Positions 1-10,903 are shown, numbered from the stretch's first letter. The stretch is DNA of 64,000 nt from a bacterium (GCA_030690215.1 JAUYHD010000004.1:31090-95089), one strand, 5' to 3'. Numbers and translations: made by a program. The notes: generated by a model not told the origin, from the letters alone.

Positions 1-3000
1 ATTTGGCGCATAATCACTTCAACGTGCTTTTCGTTAATAGATGCCCCTTGAAGAGTGTAAATCTTGCTTATTTCATTCAAAATATATCTTTGCGCCGTTG
101 TCTTGCCCGCAAGATTAAACAATTCGCGAATATCAATTGGCCCGTCCGAAATCGCACTACCCGGTATTACTTCGCTCCCCTTCTCTACAACTAAAAGGCG
201 CCCGAACGGAACAATAAATTCCCGCGTTTCTTCTTTTTTCTCGCCTTCAGCTTTCCCTTTTGCCGATTTCCCTTTTTCTTCGCTATTAATAAGCACGTTT
301 ACTTTTTTATCGCGGCCATCGCTTACAATATCCATAACAGTCCCCGAAACATCAGAAATAATCGCAGGATTGCGGGGGGTACGGATTTCAAAGATTTCTT
401 CTACGCGCGGGAGACCTAGCGTGATATCTCCTGCCGCAACAATGCCTCCGGTATGAAACGTACGCATAGTAAGCTGGGTCCCCGGTTCCCCAATTGCTTG
501 CGCGGCAACAATACCTACCGCCTGTCCAATCTTCACCGGAACGTTTGTCCCCAAATCATGCCCATAGCACATACTGCATAGGCCCCGGAGCGCCTTGCAA
601 GAAATCGGCGAACGAAGAAAAACTTCGGTAACGTCAGCGTTATCCCCAATATCATCGGCATCATCAGAAGAAATGATATGGCCTTTTTTGAAAAGAACTT
701 TTTCATTTTTATCTTTAAGATCTTGCGCGAGCACCCTCCCAAAAATACGCTGCGAAAAATGCTTCCCATATTCTTCCGTTTCTCCGCGGCGAGCCGAAAA
801 ACCCTTATCATCCCCACAATCTTCTCCTCGAACAATGATGTCCTGTGCGACATCAACCAAGCGGCGCGTTAAATACCCCGCAGCTGCAGTCTTAAGAGCT
901 GTGTCAGCGGTTCCCTTTCGTGCGCCATGAGTAGAAATGAAATACTCAAGCACAGTAAGCCCCTCCTTGTAATTTGAGGTGATAGGAAATTCAATAATGC
1001 GTCCTGCGGGATTGCGAACAAGACCTCGCATACCGGTCATCTGAGCCACCTGCGCCCAATTACCACGCGCAGCGGAAGACACCATGCTATGCACAGAACC
1101 AAATTCGTTTAATGCGGAAGGAACATATTCATCAACTTTCTGTTTCGCGCCCGTCCATATTTCAATAACTCTGCGGTACCGTTCTTCTTCGGTAAGAAGC
1201 CCTTCGGTATACGCATCGCTAATTTTTTTTGCTTCTTCCTCGGCTTCGCGCACAATTTCCCTTTTTTCTCCCGGAGACAAAAAATCATCCATACCCATAC
1301 TCATACCTGAACGCGTAGCATATTCAAATCCGAATGTTTTAATTTTATCAAGAATCGGGGCCGATGCATCAGTACCGTAACGCTCAATAATACGAGAAAC
1401 GATTTTTGTGACGTCTTTTCGTCCCAACTCCTTATTTATATATTCAAAATCAGATGGAAGCGTACTGTTAAACAAAAGCCGTCCGACGCTTGTTTCAAGA
1501 ATTTTCCCCGGTATCTTCTGGTATTCGCGGTATTTTTCGGTGTCGGTAACACGTACGTTAACTTTCGCCTGAAAATCAACCGCGCCCATATCATAAGCAA
1601 GAATCGCTTCATTTGGAGTAGCAAATATACTTCCTTCGCCGGGTGCTCCCTGACGCAATTTAGTAAGCCAATAACAGCCCAACACCATGTCTTGGCGCGG
1701 AGTTGTGATAGGAGATCCTGTACCGGGCTTTGTGAGATTGCGAACAGATGCCAAGATTTCGCGCGCTTCGCGCTGGGCGTCTTCTGTCAGCGGCACGTGG
1801 ACCGCCATTTGGTCGCCATCAAAGTCCGCATTGAACGCCTCGCATACGAGCGGATGCACCTGAATCGCATTCCCTTCAACCATAATGGGTTGGAATGCTT
1901 GAATACCAAGACGATGCAGGGTTGGCGCGCGGTTCAATAAGACATATTTTCCCTTGATTACTTTTTCAAGCGCTGCCCATACATCAGACGTTGCCTCGTC
2001 AATCAAACGATTCGCTCCGCGGATATTATGCGCAAAACCCTCTTCAATCAGATAAGAAATTACAAACGGACGAAATAGTTCCAATGTCATGTGTTTCGGC
2101 AATCCGCACTGATGAAGCTTCAACTCCGGGCCCACCACGATAACCGAACGGCCCGAATAATCAACGCGCTTCCCCAAAAGATTCTGGCGGAATCTCCCCT
2201 GCTTTCCTTTTAAGATATCAGCAAGAGATTTAAGCGGACGCTTTTGCGCCTGTGATACGGCGGCTTGCTGGCCCGATCTACGAATTGAATTATCAATCAG
2301 GGCATCAACTGCCTCTTGGAGCATCCGTTTTTCGTTCCGAACAATTACTTCAGGCGCGTGCAAATCAAGCAATCGCTTAAGACGATTATTTCGATTAATG
2401 ACGCGGCGATACAAATCATTTACGTCAGATGTGGCATTCCTCCCCCCATCAAGCTGGACCATTGGGCGCAAATCAGGAGGAATCACCGGAAGCATACTTA
2501 GAAACATCCATTCAGGGCGCGTATGCGACCGAATAAGCGCTTTTATAAGGCTTAATCGCTTAAGCGATTTTCGCTGCGCCTGCGCTGATACGCTTTCTAC
2601 TTCTTCTTCAAGCATATCGCGGAGAACATCCAAATCAATATGAGAACAAATATCATGAAGCGCCTCAGCCCCAATGCCTGCCTGGAACACATCGCCGTAC
2701 CGCAAACTTAAATGATGAAATTCCGCTTCAGAAAGAACATGGCGTTCCTGGATGCTCGCGAGCTCCCCTCGCGCGCTGTCCAATGCTTCTTTTAATGCGC
2801 TCTGTTCTTTTTTAGTCGTTGCCTGTTTTGATTTCATTTTAAATTCCCGCTCAAGTTCGGCAGCAACTTCTGCTCGTTTTTCTTCGTTGACACGCGTAAT
2901 AATGTAACTTGCGAAATAAATAACACGCTCAAGATCAGATACCGAAAGATCAAGCAACAAGCCTATGCGGGAAGGAACCCCGCGCACAAACCAAATATGC

Positions 3001-3308
3001 GTTACCGGAACGGCAAGCTGAATGTGCCCCATCCGCTCCCGGCGGACAACAGCCCGCGTCACCTCAACACCGCATTTGTCACAAATAATCCCCTTATAAC
3101 GAATACGACGGTATTTGCCGCAATAACATTCGTAATCCTTTTCCGGACCGAAAATACGCTCATCAAAAAGGCCGTCCTTTTCGGGACGCTGCGTACGATA
3201 ATTTATAGTCTCGGGTTTTGTTACTTCTCCATATGACCATGACTTAATCCGATCGGGAGAAGCGATCCGAAGAATAATAGAATTAAAATCTGTTACTTTT
3301 GTTTCCAT
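1..3308 (-). CDS. rpoC: DNA-directed RNA polymerase subunit beta' (RpoC). Partial: the C-terminus runs off the window start.
   Basis: Reverse translation from the ATG at 3306-3308 gives [29 protein letters not shown]..., the zinc finger [23 protein letters not shown], and the catalytic NADFDGDQM motif. The frame stays open to position 1. It is missing from the supplied ORF track only because no stop codon lies inside the window. Confidence 0.92.
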   Translation of the reverse strand, partial: METKVTDFNSIILRIASPDRIKSWSYGEVTKPETINYRTQRPEKDGLFDERIFGPEKDYECYCGKYRRIRYKGIICDKCGVEVTRAVVRRERMGHIQLAVPVTHIWFVRGVPSRIGLLLDLSVSDLERVIYFASYIITRVNEEKRAEVAAELEREFKMKSKQATTKKEQSALKEALDSARGELASIQERHVLSEAEFHHLSLRYGDVFQAGIGAEALHDICSHIDLDVLRDMLEEEVESVSAQAQRKSLKRLSLIKALIRSHTRPEWMFLSMLPVIPPDLRPMVQLDGGRNATSDVNDLYRRVINRNNRLKRLLDLHAPEVIVRNEKRMLQEAVDALIDNSIRRSGQQAAVSQAQKRPLKSLADILKGKQGRFRQNLLGKRVDYSGRSVIVVGPELKLHQCGLPKHMTLELFRPFVISYLIEEGFAHNIRGANRLIDEATSDVWAALEKVIKGKYVLLNRAPTLHRLGIQAFQPIMVEGNAIQVHPLVCEAFNADFDGDQMAVHVPLTEDAQREAREILASVRNLTKPGTGSPITTPRQDMVLGCYWLTKLRQGAPGEGSIFATPNEAILAYDMGAVDFQAKVNVRVTDTEKYREYQKIPGKILETSVGRLLFNSTLPSDFEYINKELGRKDVTKIVSRIIERYGTDASAPILDKIKTFGFEYATRSGMSMGMDDFLSPGEKREIVREAEEEAKKISDAYTEGLLTEEERYRRVIEIWTGAKQKVDEYVPSALNEFGSVHSMVSSAARGNWAQVAQMTGMRGLVRNPAGRIIEFPITSNYKEGLTVLEYFISTHGARKGTADTALKTAAAGYLTRRLVDVAQDIIVRGEDCGDDKGFSARRGETEEYGKHFSQRIFGRVLAQDLKDKNEKVLFKKGHIISSDDADDIGDNADVTEVFLRSPISCKALRGLCSMCYGHDLGTNVPVKIGQAVGIVAAQAIGEPGTQLTMRTFHTGGIVAAGDITLGLPRVEEIFEIRTPRNPAIISDVSGTVMDIVSDGRDKKVNVLINSEEKGKSAKGKAEGEKKEETREFIVPFGRLLVVEKGSEVIPGSAISDGPIDIRELFNLAGKTTAQRYILNEISKIYTLQGASINEKHVEVIMRQ

Positions 3309-3446
3309 GCCAAATTATAAAAAATTTATGAATAACAATGAAATAAATTTTGTCTTAATTTGCGCCCATTCAACTACTCGCTCGCGCTCGCAGGAATGGG
3401 CGGGGGTTTGGCGTTTGCTCGTGCCGTGCACTCGCAAGCCAATTCC

Positions 3447-6400
3447 TTAACTTTTCGCTTTTTCTCTTTCCTCTTGAGAAAGCTGCTGGCGTTCGCGCGC
3501 AAGGCGTCGCTCTTCAATGGCTTCGGTAAGATCCACTCCCTTTAATTCAACATCAAGCGCAAGACCTTTTAATTCATTAATCAATACATGAAATGATGTC
3601 GGCAAATTCGGCGTTTTAAATTCCTCCCCGCGAACAATAGAATCGTACGCTGCCGCGCGTCCAAGCACATCATCGGATTTTATGGTGAGCATCTCCTGCA
3701 AAAGATATGCTGCTCCATATCCTTCAAGCGCCCAGACTTCCATCTCTCCAAATCGCTGGCCTCCCCCCTGGGCTTTCCCCCCGAGAGGTTGCTGTGTAAT
3801 GAGCGAATACGGTCCGATGGAACGCATATGAATCTTGTCTTCCACCATGTGAATCAATTTCATCATATAAATTTGGCCTACGGTTACAAGATGGTCAAAT
3901 TTTTCACCGGTGCGCCCATCATAGAGCTCTACTTTCCCCTCTCGCGGCAAACCGGCTTTTTCCAATTCTGATTTAATTTCTTCCACAGTTGCGCCTTGGA
4001 ACGGAGGCACAAGCGCTTGGTACCCCAGCCGTTCGGCAGCCCATCCCAAATGAGTTTCAAGGATCTGCCCGATATTCATACGGCTTACCACACCGAGAGG
4101 ATTTAAAATCATATCAACGGGAGTGCCATCCTCCAAATACGGCATATCTTCTACCGGGAGTATTTTTGAAATAACCCCTTTGTTTCCATGGCGTCCCGCA
4201 AGCTTGTCTCCTACAGAAATTTTTCTGAGTTGCGCAATTTCTATTTGAATTAATTTAATAACTCCCGTATCAAGCTTGTCTCCCCGATCGCGAGAAAACA
4301 CCTTAACGCCTACCACCCGCCCCTGCTTCCCATGCGACATGCGAAGCGAGGTGTCGCGCACATCACGCGCTTTTTCCCCAAAAATAGCCCGAAGCAATCG
4401 TTCTTCCGAAGTAAGCTCCGCTTCTCCTTTCGGAGTAATTTTCCCTACAAGAATGTCGCCCGATCGAACCTCAGCACCAATTCGCACAACGCCATCTTCA
4501 TCTAAATCTTTCAATTTATCCTCCCCGACATTCGGAATGTCATACGTCGTAACTTCCGGACCAAGCTTTGTATCGCGTACGGGGATAGAAAAATCTTCAA
4601 TATGCACCGACGTAAAAATGTCTTCGTGCATCAGCTTTTCAGAAATAACGATTGCGTCTTCGTAATTAGCGCCTCCCCATGATACAAACGCAACCTTAAT
4701 ATTTTGACCCAATGCTACCTGCCCGTCTTGTGACGAAGATACATCTGCGAGAATATCGTCCTTCTTTACTTTATCGCCGGGGCTGACAAGCGGCCGTTGA
4801 GTAATAACCGTGTATTCATTTGAACGAAGATAATTCAATAACGGATATGTCGTGTCTTTTCGCTTTTCATTGCGGATGACAATCTTTTTTGCATCGGCAA
4901 ATTTTACGGTCCCTGCCTCCTCTGCCAAAATTAACCGGCCGGAATCGCGTGCTGCTTTTTCCTCAAAACCCGTCCCAACATACGGCACCTGTGCCTTTAC
5001 GCATGGGACTGCCTGGCGTTGCATGTTCGCGCCCATCATGACACGGTTTGCGTCATCATGCTCCAAAAACGGAATAAGAGACGTTGCGATGCTGAATGCC
5101 TGAAAGGGCGCTACATCAATCAAATCAACTTCTTCCACAGAGACAACCCCCGCTTGGCCCTTGGCGCGCGCCGGGACTTTCTCTTGAAGTATTTTTCCGT
5201 TTTCATCATACGAAATGGTTGATGGAGCAATATTTTCTTCAAGTTCTTGAAAAGCGGTAAGATACGTTATTTCATCGGTAATTATGCCGTTTACAACTTT
5301 TCTGTACGGAGTTTCAAGGATGCCAAAATCATTCACGCGGGCGAAACTCGCCAAATGCAACACAAGACCAATGTTCGGACCTTCCGGTGTTTGGATGGGA
5401 CAAATCCGGCCATAATGTGAGGGGTGGGCGTCACGAACTTCAAACCCGGCGCGCTCGCGTGTTAATCCTCCTTGCCCCAATGCTGAAACGCGGCGAAGAT
5501 GTTCCAGCTCGGCCAAGATATTGTCCTGATCCATGAATTGTGAAAGCTGGTTTGTTGTAAAGAATTCTTTAAGCACTGCCATAATCGGACGGGAATTGAT
5601 AAGCTGGGCCGGCGTCATTGTATAAATATCAAGCGTACTCATGCGATCTTGTATGATGCGCTTCATCCGCGTAAATCCAACACGCAAACGCTGCTGCAGC
5701 AATTCTCCGACACCGCGGATACGGCGATTGCCCAAATGGTCAATATCATCGGGTGAGGCGTGAGGTGTATTATTAAAATCAATAATGCGGCGAATAACCT
5801 CAACAAGATCTTCCTTTCTCAAAGTGCGGCTTGCTTCTTCAATCTTATCCAGTGGAAATCCGAGCCGTTCGTTAATCTTATAGCGTCCGACAACCGAAAG
5901 GTCATATCGTTCAGGAGAAAACATACCCTCAAGAAGTTCTCGCGCGTTGTCAATGGTTGCGAATTCTCCGGGTCGGATACGTTTGTAAATTTCCACATAT
6001 GCCTCATCCACCGTTGAGGTTGGGTCCCGGTCAAGCGTTTCTTCCATAAATGACACAGAACCCTTGTCTGCCCCATGAAATGCGTCTTTAATTGATTCGT
6101 CAGTTTCAAAACCAAAAATGCGCAAAAGCGCCGATACCGGTATCTTTCGCTTACGGTCAATGCGAACGTATAATGTATTGTCTGACCCTGTTTCAATCTC
6201 AATCCATGCCCCCCGGGAAGGAATGATTTTCGCGCCGAAAAATTTCTTTCCGCGAAGCACATTTGCCGTAAAATACACGCCAAAAGAGCGCGCAATCTGA
6301 GAAACGATTACACGCTCCACCCCATTTACAATAAACGTACCGCGGGATGTCATGAGCGGTATATCAGCAAGAAAAATTTCCTGCTCCTTTGATTCTTTTG

Positions 6401-6698
6401 TTATTTTGTTTCGGAGGCGAACCTTCGCGCGTAACGATGCTTCATACGAAAGATTGTGCGCTTTCGCAAAATATTCGTCGTGTTTCGGCTCTTCATCAAT
6501 GCTGTAACCAACAAACTCAAGCTCTAAATCTTTTTCTGCGTAATCTTTAATGGGCGAAAAATCTTTAAACAAATCATGAAGCCCGCGACTAAGAAGCCAT
6601 TTAAATGAATTAAGTTGAACAGAAACAAGGTTTGGGAGGGGGGCGAGATCTGCTCGACGCTTTGAAAAATACTTTTTTGGCAGCGTGCTTTTTTTCAT
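3447..6698 (-). CDS. rpoB: DNA-directed RNA polymerase subunit beta (RpoB)
   Basis: A 1083-aa ORF with typical RpoB blocks (GRYKINERLG, NRRIRGVGELL, MQRQAVP, ANMQRQAVPCVKAQVPYVGTG). It lies immediately upstream of rpoC on the same strand. Confidence 0.97.
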   Translation of the reverse strand: MKKSTLPKKYFSKRRADLAPLPNLVSVQLNSFKWLLSRGLHDLFKDFSPIKDYAEKDLELEFVGYSIDEEPKHDEYFAKAHNLSYEASLRAKVRLRNKITKESKEQEIFLADIPLMTSRGTFIVNGVERVIVSQIARSFGVYFTANVLRGKKFFGAKIIPSRGAWIEIETGSDNTLYVRIDRKRKIPVSALLRIFGFETDESIKDAFHGADKGSVSFMEETLDRDPTSTVDEAYVEIYKRIRPGEFATIDNARELLEGMFSPERYDLSVVGRYKINERLGFPLDKIEEASRTLRKEDLVEVIRRIIDFNNTPHASPDDIDHLGNRRIRGVGELLQQRLRVGFTRMKRIIQDRMSTLDIYTMTPAQLINSRPIMAVLKEFFTTNQLSQFMDQDNILAELEHLRRVSALGQGGLTRERAGFEVRDAHPSHYGRICPIQTPEGPNIGLVLHLASFARVNDFGILETPYRKVVNGIITDEITYLTAFQELEENIAPSTISYDENGKILQEKVPARAKGQAGVVSVEEVDLIDVAPFQAFSIATSLIPFLEHDDANRVMMGANMQRQAVPCVKAQVPYVGTGFEEKAARDSGRLILAEEAGTVKFADAKKIVIRNEKRKDTTYPLLNYLRSNEYTVITQRPLVSPGDKVKKDDILADVSSSQDGQVALGQNIKVAFVSWGGANYEDAIVISEKLMHEDIFTSVHIEDFSIPVRDTKLGPEVTTYDIPNVGEDKLKDLDEDGVVRIGAEVRSGDILVGKITPKGEAELTSEERLLRAIFGEKARDVRDTSLRMSHGKQGRVVGVKVFSRDRGDKLDTGVIKLIQIEIAQLRKISVGDKLAGRHGNKGVISKILPVEDMPYLEDGTPVDMILNPLGVVSRMNIGQILETHLGWAAERLGYQALVPPFQGATVEEIKSELEKAGLPREGKVELYDGRTGEKFDHLVTVGQIYMMKLIHMVEDKIHMRSIGPYSLITQQPLGGKAQGGGQRFGEMEVWALEGYGAAYLLQEMLTIKSDDVLGRAAAYDSIVRGEEFKTPNLPTSFHVLINELKGLALDVELKGVDLTEAIEERRLARERQQLSQEEREKAKS

Positions 6699-6732
6699 AA
6701 AAAGAAGAATTTTGATTATATGAAAACAAAAT

Positions 6733-6781
6733 AAAGCAAAAACAACTGTTCCCCTGTTTAGAAGGGGCTTTTTTGCTTTAT
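6733..6781 (-). terminator. Long stem-loop ('aaagcaaaaa...gcccct tctaaac aggggaac...tttttgcttt') followed by a U-rich tract on the minus-strand transcript. Either the terminator of the upstream FtsW-like gene or a leader attenuator in front of rpoB.
   Basis: An inverted repeat is visible in the sequence. It lies between the candidate promoter (6819-6848) and the rpoB start. By analogy, an attenuator is known upstream of rpoB in E. coli. Confidence 0.4.
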
Positions 6782-6818
6782 TCTCTATTTATTTAGGTGT
6801 ATTTCAGCACCTTGGTTC

Positions 6819-6848
6819 CAGTATAATCAAGTGAGTTTATTTGTCAAC
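6819..6848 (-). promoter_or_regulatory. Candidate sigma70-like promoter for rpoBC on the minus strand (TTGACA-16nt-TATACT)
   Basis: The reverse complement of 6819-6848 reads gTTGACAaataaactcacttgatTATACTgg. It sits about 120 nt upstream of the rpoB start. Confidence 0.4.
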
Positions 6849-7041
6849 CCCGTTAGAAATCTGGCCTGTGGATACAGAGAGTAAAGAAAATTTGATCTAT
6901 GTATTATGAAAATCCACCTTTGTGCGTACAAAAAAAATTTGAGCACAAATTTTTCTGTCCAAGACTTTCCGCCAGAGGCGGATCTGCCTCAGGCACGACT
7001 AACGAGGTCAAGACAAGCTGTGGATAATGCGCTATTTTTAT

Positions 7042-8145
7042 TTATGACACATCAATCTCATCCCCCACCACCTGCATTCTCCTGCTCTGTTTCATGTTCA
7101 TCCATATACCAAGACCCAAAAAAAGCATGAGCAAATGGGACCCGCCATAGCTCACAAAAGAAAGAGGAAGTCCGGTAATCGGCAAAAGACCTATATTCAT
7201 GCCCACATGAACAATAAAATGACTCATGATAATCAAAGAAAAACCAATTGAAAAAAGGCGGACAAAATTATCAGAACTTGTGCGGGCGGGTATGAGTAAA
7301 CGCCGAACAAGCATTACAAAAAAAAGAATAAGCAGTAAGGCGCCCGCAAACCCCCATTCCTCCGCAAACGCCGCAAAGATAAAATCGGTTTCGTGTTCAG
7401 GAAGAAACTTTAGCCGAGACTGTGTCCCATATCCCACCCCTTGACCAAAAAGCTGGCCTGACCCTACTGCTATTTGTGTCTGTACCATGTGATACCCAGC
7501 ACCTTGAGGGTCTATATAGGGATTTACAAACGTCGTAATACGATTTTTTTGGTACGGCGCAAGAACAAATACCCATACGGTAACAAACGCAAGAATGGCA
7601 ATCCCAAGCACAAGCGCTACATAACGAAGTGAAATGCCGGAGCTCATAACCATGCCAAACCATACAATAAAAAAAATAATCGCGGAACCAAAATCGGGCT
7701 GTAAGAGCACCAATACTGCGGGGATCGCCGCATATAATCCAGATATAAAAATATGCTTGAATCGCGCAATGTCAATGTGGCGTCGGGAAAAATATTTCGC
7801 AAGCAATAACACCACTATGAGTTTCATAAACTCTGATGGCTGGATAGAAAAAAGAGGGAACCGAAACCAGCTCGTTTCGTTTGCAAGAAAAAGCGCTGCC
7901 AAAAACAAAAGACCTGCCCCATAAAATACCATAAGAAAACCGCTTGAATAAAAAAAGCGCCAGTCAACCTGGGCGAGTCCGATAAATGCCGCAATTCCTA
8001 CCGCAATCCATATGATTTGCCGCCAAAAGAAGTAATCATCTCCAGCCCCTCCTCCAAATGATTTCATCGTAAAAAGCCCCACAAGAAGCAAGGGTGCAAT
8101 AATCAAAAAAAGAGACCAATCAATTGAGCGAAATGTCCGCATCAT
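7042..8145 (-). CDS. FtsW/RodA/SpoVE (SEDS) family cell-wall polymerase
   Basis: A 367-aa polytopic membrane protein. It has the family-typical 'FIFAAFAEEWGFAGALLLILFF' block and a C-terminal 'PLSFVSYGGSHLL' block. Confidence 0.85.
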   Translation of the reverse strand: MMRTFRSIDWSLFLIIAPLLLVGLFTMKSFGGGAGDDYFFWRQIIWIAVGIAAFIGLAQVDWRFFYSSGFLMVFYGAGLLFLAALFLANETSWFRFPLFSIQPSEFMKLIVVLLLAKYFSRRHIDIARFKHIFISGLYAAIPAVLVLLQPDFGSAIIFFIVWFGMVMSSGISLRYVALVLGIAILAFVTVWVFVLAPYQKNRITTFVNPYIDPQGAGYHMVQTQIAVGSGQLFGQGVGYGTQSRLKFLPEHETDFIFAAFAEEWGFAGALLLILFFVMLVRRLLIPARTSSDNFVRLFSIGFSLIIMSHFIVHVGMNIGLLPITGLPLSFVSYGGSHLLMLFLGLGIWMNMKQSRRMQVVGDEIDVS

Positions 8146-8147
8146 GC

Positions 8148-8924
8148 TTAAATTTCGGAATGTAAAAACTTTTGAGGAATCTTCCGAATAAACGTTTGAA
8201 TGGTTTTGGGCTCTTGCTCAAACAGAAACGGCCACGTAAAACTAATGTCGCGTGACGATTCCGCCTGAATCGATTCAACGCGCGTTTTGCTCACCGCAAA
8301 CGCATTTCCATTTTCATCCAAAAGCGCGACTGCGGTTTCTATCTGTTCTGCCGGCAAAAAATTACCGTTTCGGAGCGTTATATCAAGACGCCCCGTCGGG
8401 AATTGGGTCATCCGAAAATTAAATGCGGTAACCTGCGGCTTCTCCTCTTCTATTCGCTCCCAAGGGATTCTTTCAAACTCTATACTCGCTTGTACCGGCA
8501 CCCTGTTTGCCGTCTGAATATTTGATTCAAATATCATGAATCGTTCTTGAGGATTAATGAATGTTGTGCCGCCACGAAGCGCTACAAGCACATTTTTATC
8601 ATCATGTAATTTTATCTGATAGTGAACGATTGGAGCTCCCGCAAACAAATTAGGGTTTTCAACAAGAACCGCGACATCATAATGTGACGGGATTACTTCA
8701 AAAACACGATTCCACAGCACAACGACATTCTTAATGTCCCCCAAACACCCCTTTTCGCACGGTCCTCCGCAATCGATTCCCTCCTCCTCCTGATTTTGGA
8801 TCCTATCAAAACAGGTCGGCGCCGGCTGGAAAAAGAATATCAAAAGAAACACAATGAGAAAAATAATTGTGCTAAAAATGCCAAAATAGGTCAATTGTCG
8901 CTGTGCGCGCCAAGATAATGCCAT
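8148..8924 (-). CDS. Hypothetical membrane-anchored protein with a Cys-rich segment (CFDRIQNQEEEGIDCGGPCEKGC). Likely co-transcribed with the SEDS gene.
   Basis: A 258-aa ORF with an N-terminal TM helix. There is a 2-nt gap to the downstream SEDS gene on the same strand. No recognisable domain. Confidence 0.55.
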   Translation of the reverse strand: MALSWRAQRQLTYFGIFSTIIFLIVFLLIFFFQPAPTCFDRIQNQEEEGIDCGGPCEKGCLGDIKNVVVLWNRVFEVIPSHYDVAVLVENPNLFAGAPIVHYQIKLHDDKNVLVALRGGTTFINPQERFMIFESNIQTANRVPVQASIEFERIPWERIEEEKPQVTAFNFRMTQFPTGRLDITLRNGNFLPAEQIETAVALLDENGNAFAVSKTRVESIQAESSRDISFTWPFLFEQEPKTIQTFIRKIPQKFLHSEI

Positions 8925-9151
8925 AGTTTTCGAAAATTTAGAGTTTCAACGAAACGAATATATTTTCGTTAAAACTATGAGCATCCCGCATATTTTTTGC
9001 CATTATTATGTTTATTTTATGGATAAAACCATTATTGAATATGTCTCACATTACGCGTGTCCCGAATAGGGACACCCCTGACGGGCGAAGCGTAATGCCG
9101 TATATTGCATCGCAAAAAATGTGCTGGGAGTACCCTAATCTATAGTATAAA

Positions 9152-9192
9152 AAGAAAAAACCCGCAATACAACTTTACGCTGTAGGCGGGTT
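9152..9192 (-). terminator. Rho-independent terminator ('aaacccgcctacagcgtaaagttgtattgcgggtttttt' on the minus strand)
   Basis: A GC stem plus a U-run immediately downstream of the 9203..9514 ORF. Confidence 0.55.
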
Positions 9193-9202
9193 TGGAGCTT
9201 AT

Positions 9203-9514
9203 TTATTTATCTTTTTCGGATGCCATTTTTTTAAATACCTCTATTATTTCTGGGGTCGGAGATGTTCTACAGAGCTCCAAAGCAACCATCATGCCTTCTT
9301 CGGCATTCGCCACATCTTCCCAAAAATCCTCTTTGGATAAGACGTAATTTTCTGAAATAAGCGCAAGCTCGTCGCCTACCTCATAGCTAAACAAAAATGA
9401 ACCAAGCTCTTCGGACCTTTCTTTGATGTCTATCAAATCCTCAACATCCTGCGGTGTCTCTGCTTTTAGCAATATCCGTATAGCACCGTCTATCTTATCA
9501 ATCTGCGCCTTCAC
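9203..9514 (-). CDS. Hypothetical acidic protein (103 aa)
   Basis: An ORF followed by a terminator. No known motif. Confidence 0.45.
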   Translation of the reverse strand: MKAQIDKIDGAIRILLKAETPQDVEDLIDIKERSEELGSFLFSYEVGDELALISENYVLSKEDFWEDVANAEEGMMVALELCRTSPTPEIIEVFKKMASEKDK

Positions 9515-9572
9515 TCTTATCTCCCCTTTTTTATTTTTGCTTTTTTGTTCATCGTCGACCCATCCTGTATTT

Positions 9573-9839
9573 TTATTTTAAATCCCCTGAAAGAATCGCT
9601 ATTATCAAGAGCAATGCTGTAAACCCGCCGAGCCCCAAGAAAATATACCCCACTATCCCCAATATTAATTCTGATCGTCGCTCTGCTGTTCCCATATCTT
9701 TGATTGCCATATGGCGTATTTTCTGTGTCTCTTCCAAAATTCTTAATTTTTCGTCAGCAGGCAAATCAGACTTTATTAATTTGTCCTGTTGCTTGTATGA
9801 ATTCTTTAAATACTCCCCCAGATGGTCTTTAAACAACAT
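9573..9839 (-). CDS. Hypothetical small protein with a C-terminal TM helix (88 aa)
   Basis: ORF only. Contains the hydrophobic segment GIVGYIFLGLGGFTALLLIIAILSG. Confidence 0.4.
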   Translation of the reverse strand: MLFKDHLGEYLKNSYKQQDKLIKSDLPADEKLRILEETQKIRHMAIKDMGTAERRSELILGIVGYIFLGLGGFTALLLIIAILSGDLK

Positions 9840-9904
9840 CGCTCTTCTCCCTTTTACTTTTTATTTTTAAATCCAAAACAAGAATAGCACTATAAAGTGC
9901 TATT

Positions 9905-10060
9905 CGTCAACCCCGTAAGACAATATCGCATAATGCATTCTTATAAGTCATTATACAAAGTAGTCTATGAGGAAAAACAAGACAATCCAATAAAATTTGA
10001 GCCCCCAGCGGCGAACGCATAACTTATAATGCGATATTGCTCTACGGGGTCAATGATTCA
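9905..10060. repeat. MITE-like element: imperfect inverted repeats of about 28 bp ('accccgtaagacaatatcgcataatgc' / 'ttataatgcgatattgctctacggggt') flanking about 100 bp
   Basis: Inverted repeats seen directly. The termini share the 'ccccgtaaga' motif with the dispersed repeat family. Confidence 0.45.
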
Positions 10061-10073
10061 TGTATTAAAAACT

Positions 10074-10250
10074 GACGGCTACCTACTCTCCCCTTGCGAG
10101 TACCACCCGCCTTCTCCGCCAGCTGGCGGATTCGGCGAGGCAAAGTCAGCTCAATCGAGTTTCACTTCCGTGCCTGCCCCGTAGCTCCCGCTTCAGCGGG
10201 ATGGTTCGGGGTTCGGAATGTTACCGATTTGCCTGCGAGTAACATGAGCA
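10074..10250 (-). ncRNA. Degenerate 5S-like copy carrying two insertions of about 45 nt each (pseudo-5S or 5S-derived RNA)
   Basis: It shares the 27-nt block 'ctacctactctccccttgcgagtacca' and the 'tttcacttc...gttcggaatg' blocks with the adjacent 5S gene. The complementary terminal helix I cannot be formed. Confidence 0.4.
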
Positions 10251-10299
10251 GACGCAAATCGCAATCCCGTATTAAAATTTAAAAAATAAGTACTTAAGA

Positions 10300-10402
10300 C
10301 CGGCGACTACCTACTCTCCCCTTGCGAGTACCATCGGCACTACCGCGTTTTACTTCTTTGTTCGGAATGGAAAAAGGTAGTTCCACGGCGTTAAGTCACC
10401 GG
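10300..10402 (-). rRNA. rrf: 5S ribosomal RNA (short form)
   Basis: The reverse complement aligns along its length with E. coli 5S (…CTACTCTCGC…TACCATCGGCGCTACGGCGTTTCACTTC…GTTCGG…). The terminal helix is ccggtgac/gtcgccgg. It lies just downstream of the 23S gene. Confidence 0.75.
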
Positions 10403-10865
10403 ACTTAAATCCTTATTTATTTTTTTAAATTTTAATTGCGGGAGGAACGGGTGGTGCTCCGCCTTCATTAAAACTCCGGCGAGACAAGCACGACGACAAG
10501 CCACCAGATTACAGCACACGACTACACAACAACAGGTATTTACCCCGCCTTAATTTTGCTCTTTATTACTTCATTTCTTTATTAAAAAGAAAGAGCGTTA
10601 TATTGCCGGCAATGCGCTTCGTCCATACGGGGTGTGCTATCCGCACACGCGCATTGCAAAACAATACAAAGCAAAATTAAAGCGGGGTCTCAATTCCGCC
10701 ATGCCATTCTCTATTTCCTAAAGGAACGGCGGAATTGGATAACCATCACATATTTCAGCGGGATTGACCACTTAGTACAGCTCGGCTTAACTCCTCACAG
10801 AGCGTACACCTGCTGCCTATCAACCTCGTCATCTCCGAGGGGTCTTAATGATTCCTAATCTTGAG

Positions 10866-10903
<38 letters not shown>

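Noticed and set aside
1-3308. Plus-strand track ORFs 3..194, 64..456, 595..930, 1084..1380, 1692..1940, 2316..2643 and others, plus the absence of any long ORF in the track for this region
   Set aside because: The minus strand encodes an uninterrupted RpoC from 3308 to the window edge, omitted from the track because it lacks an in-window stop. The listed short ORFs are antisense or out-of-frame shadows of rpoC.
3789-6300. Several 60-158 aa track ORFs inside or antisense to rpoB
   Set aside because: They are fully embedded in the 1083-aa rpoB frame and have no independent motifs. They are shadow ORFs.
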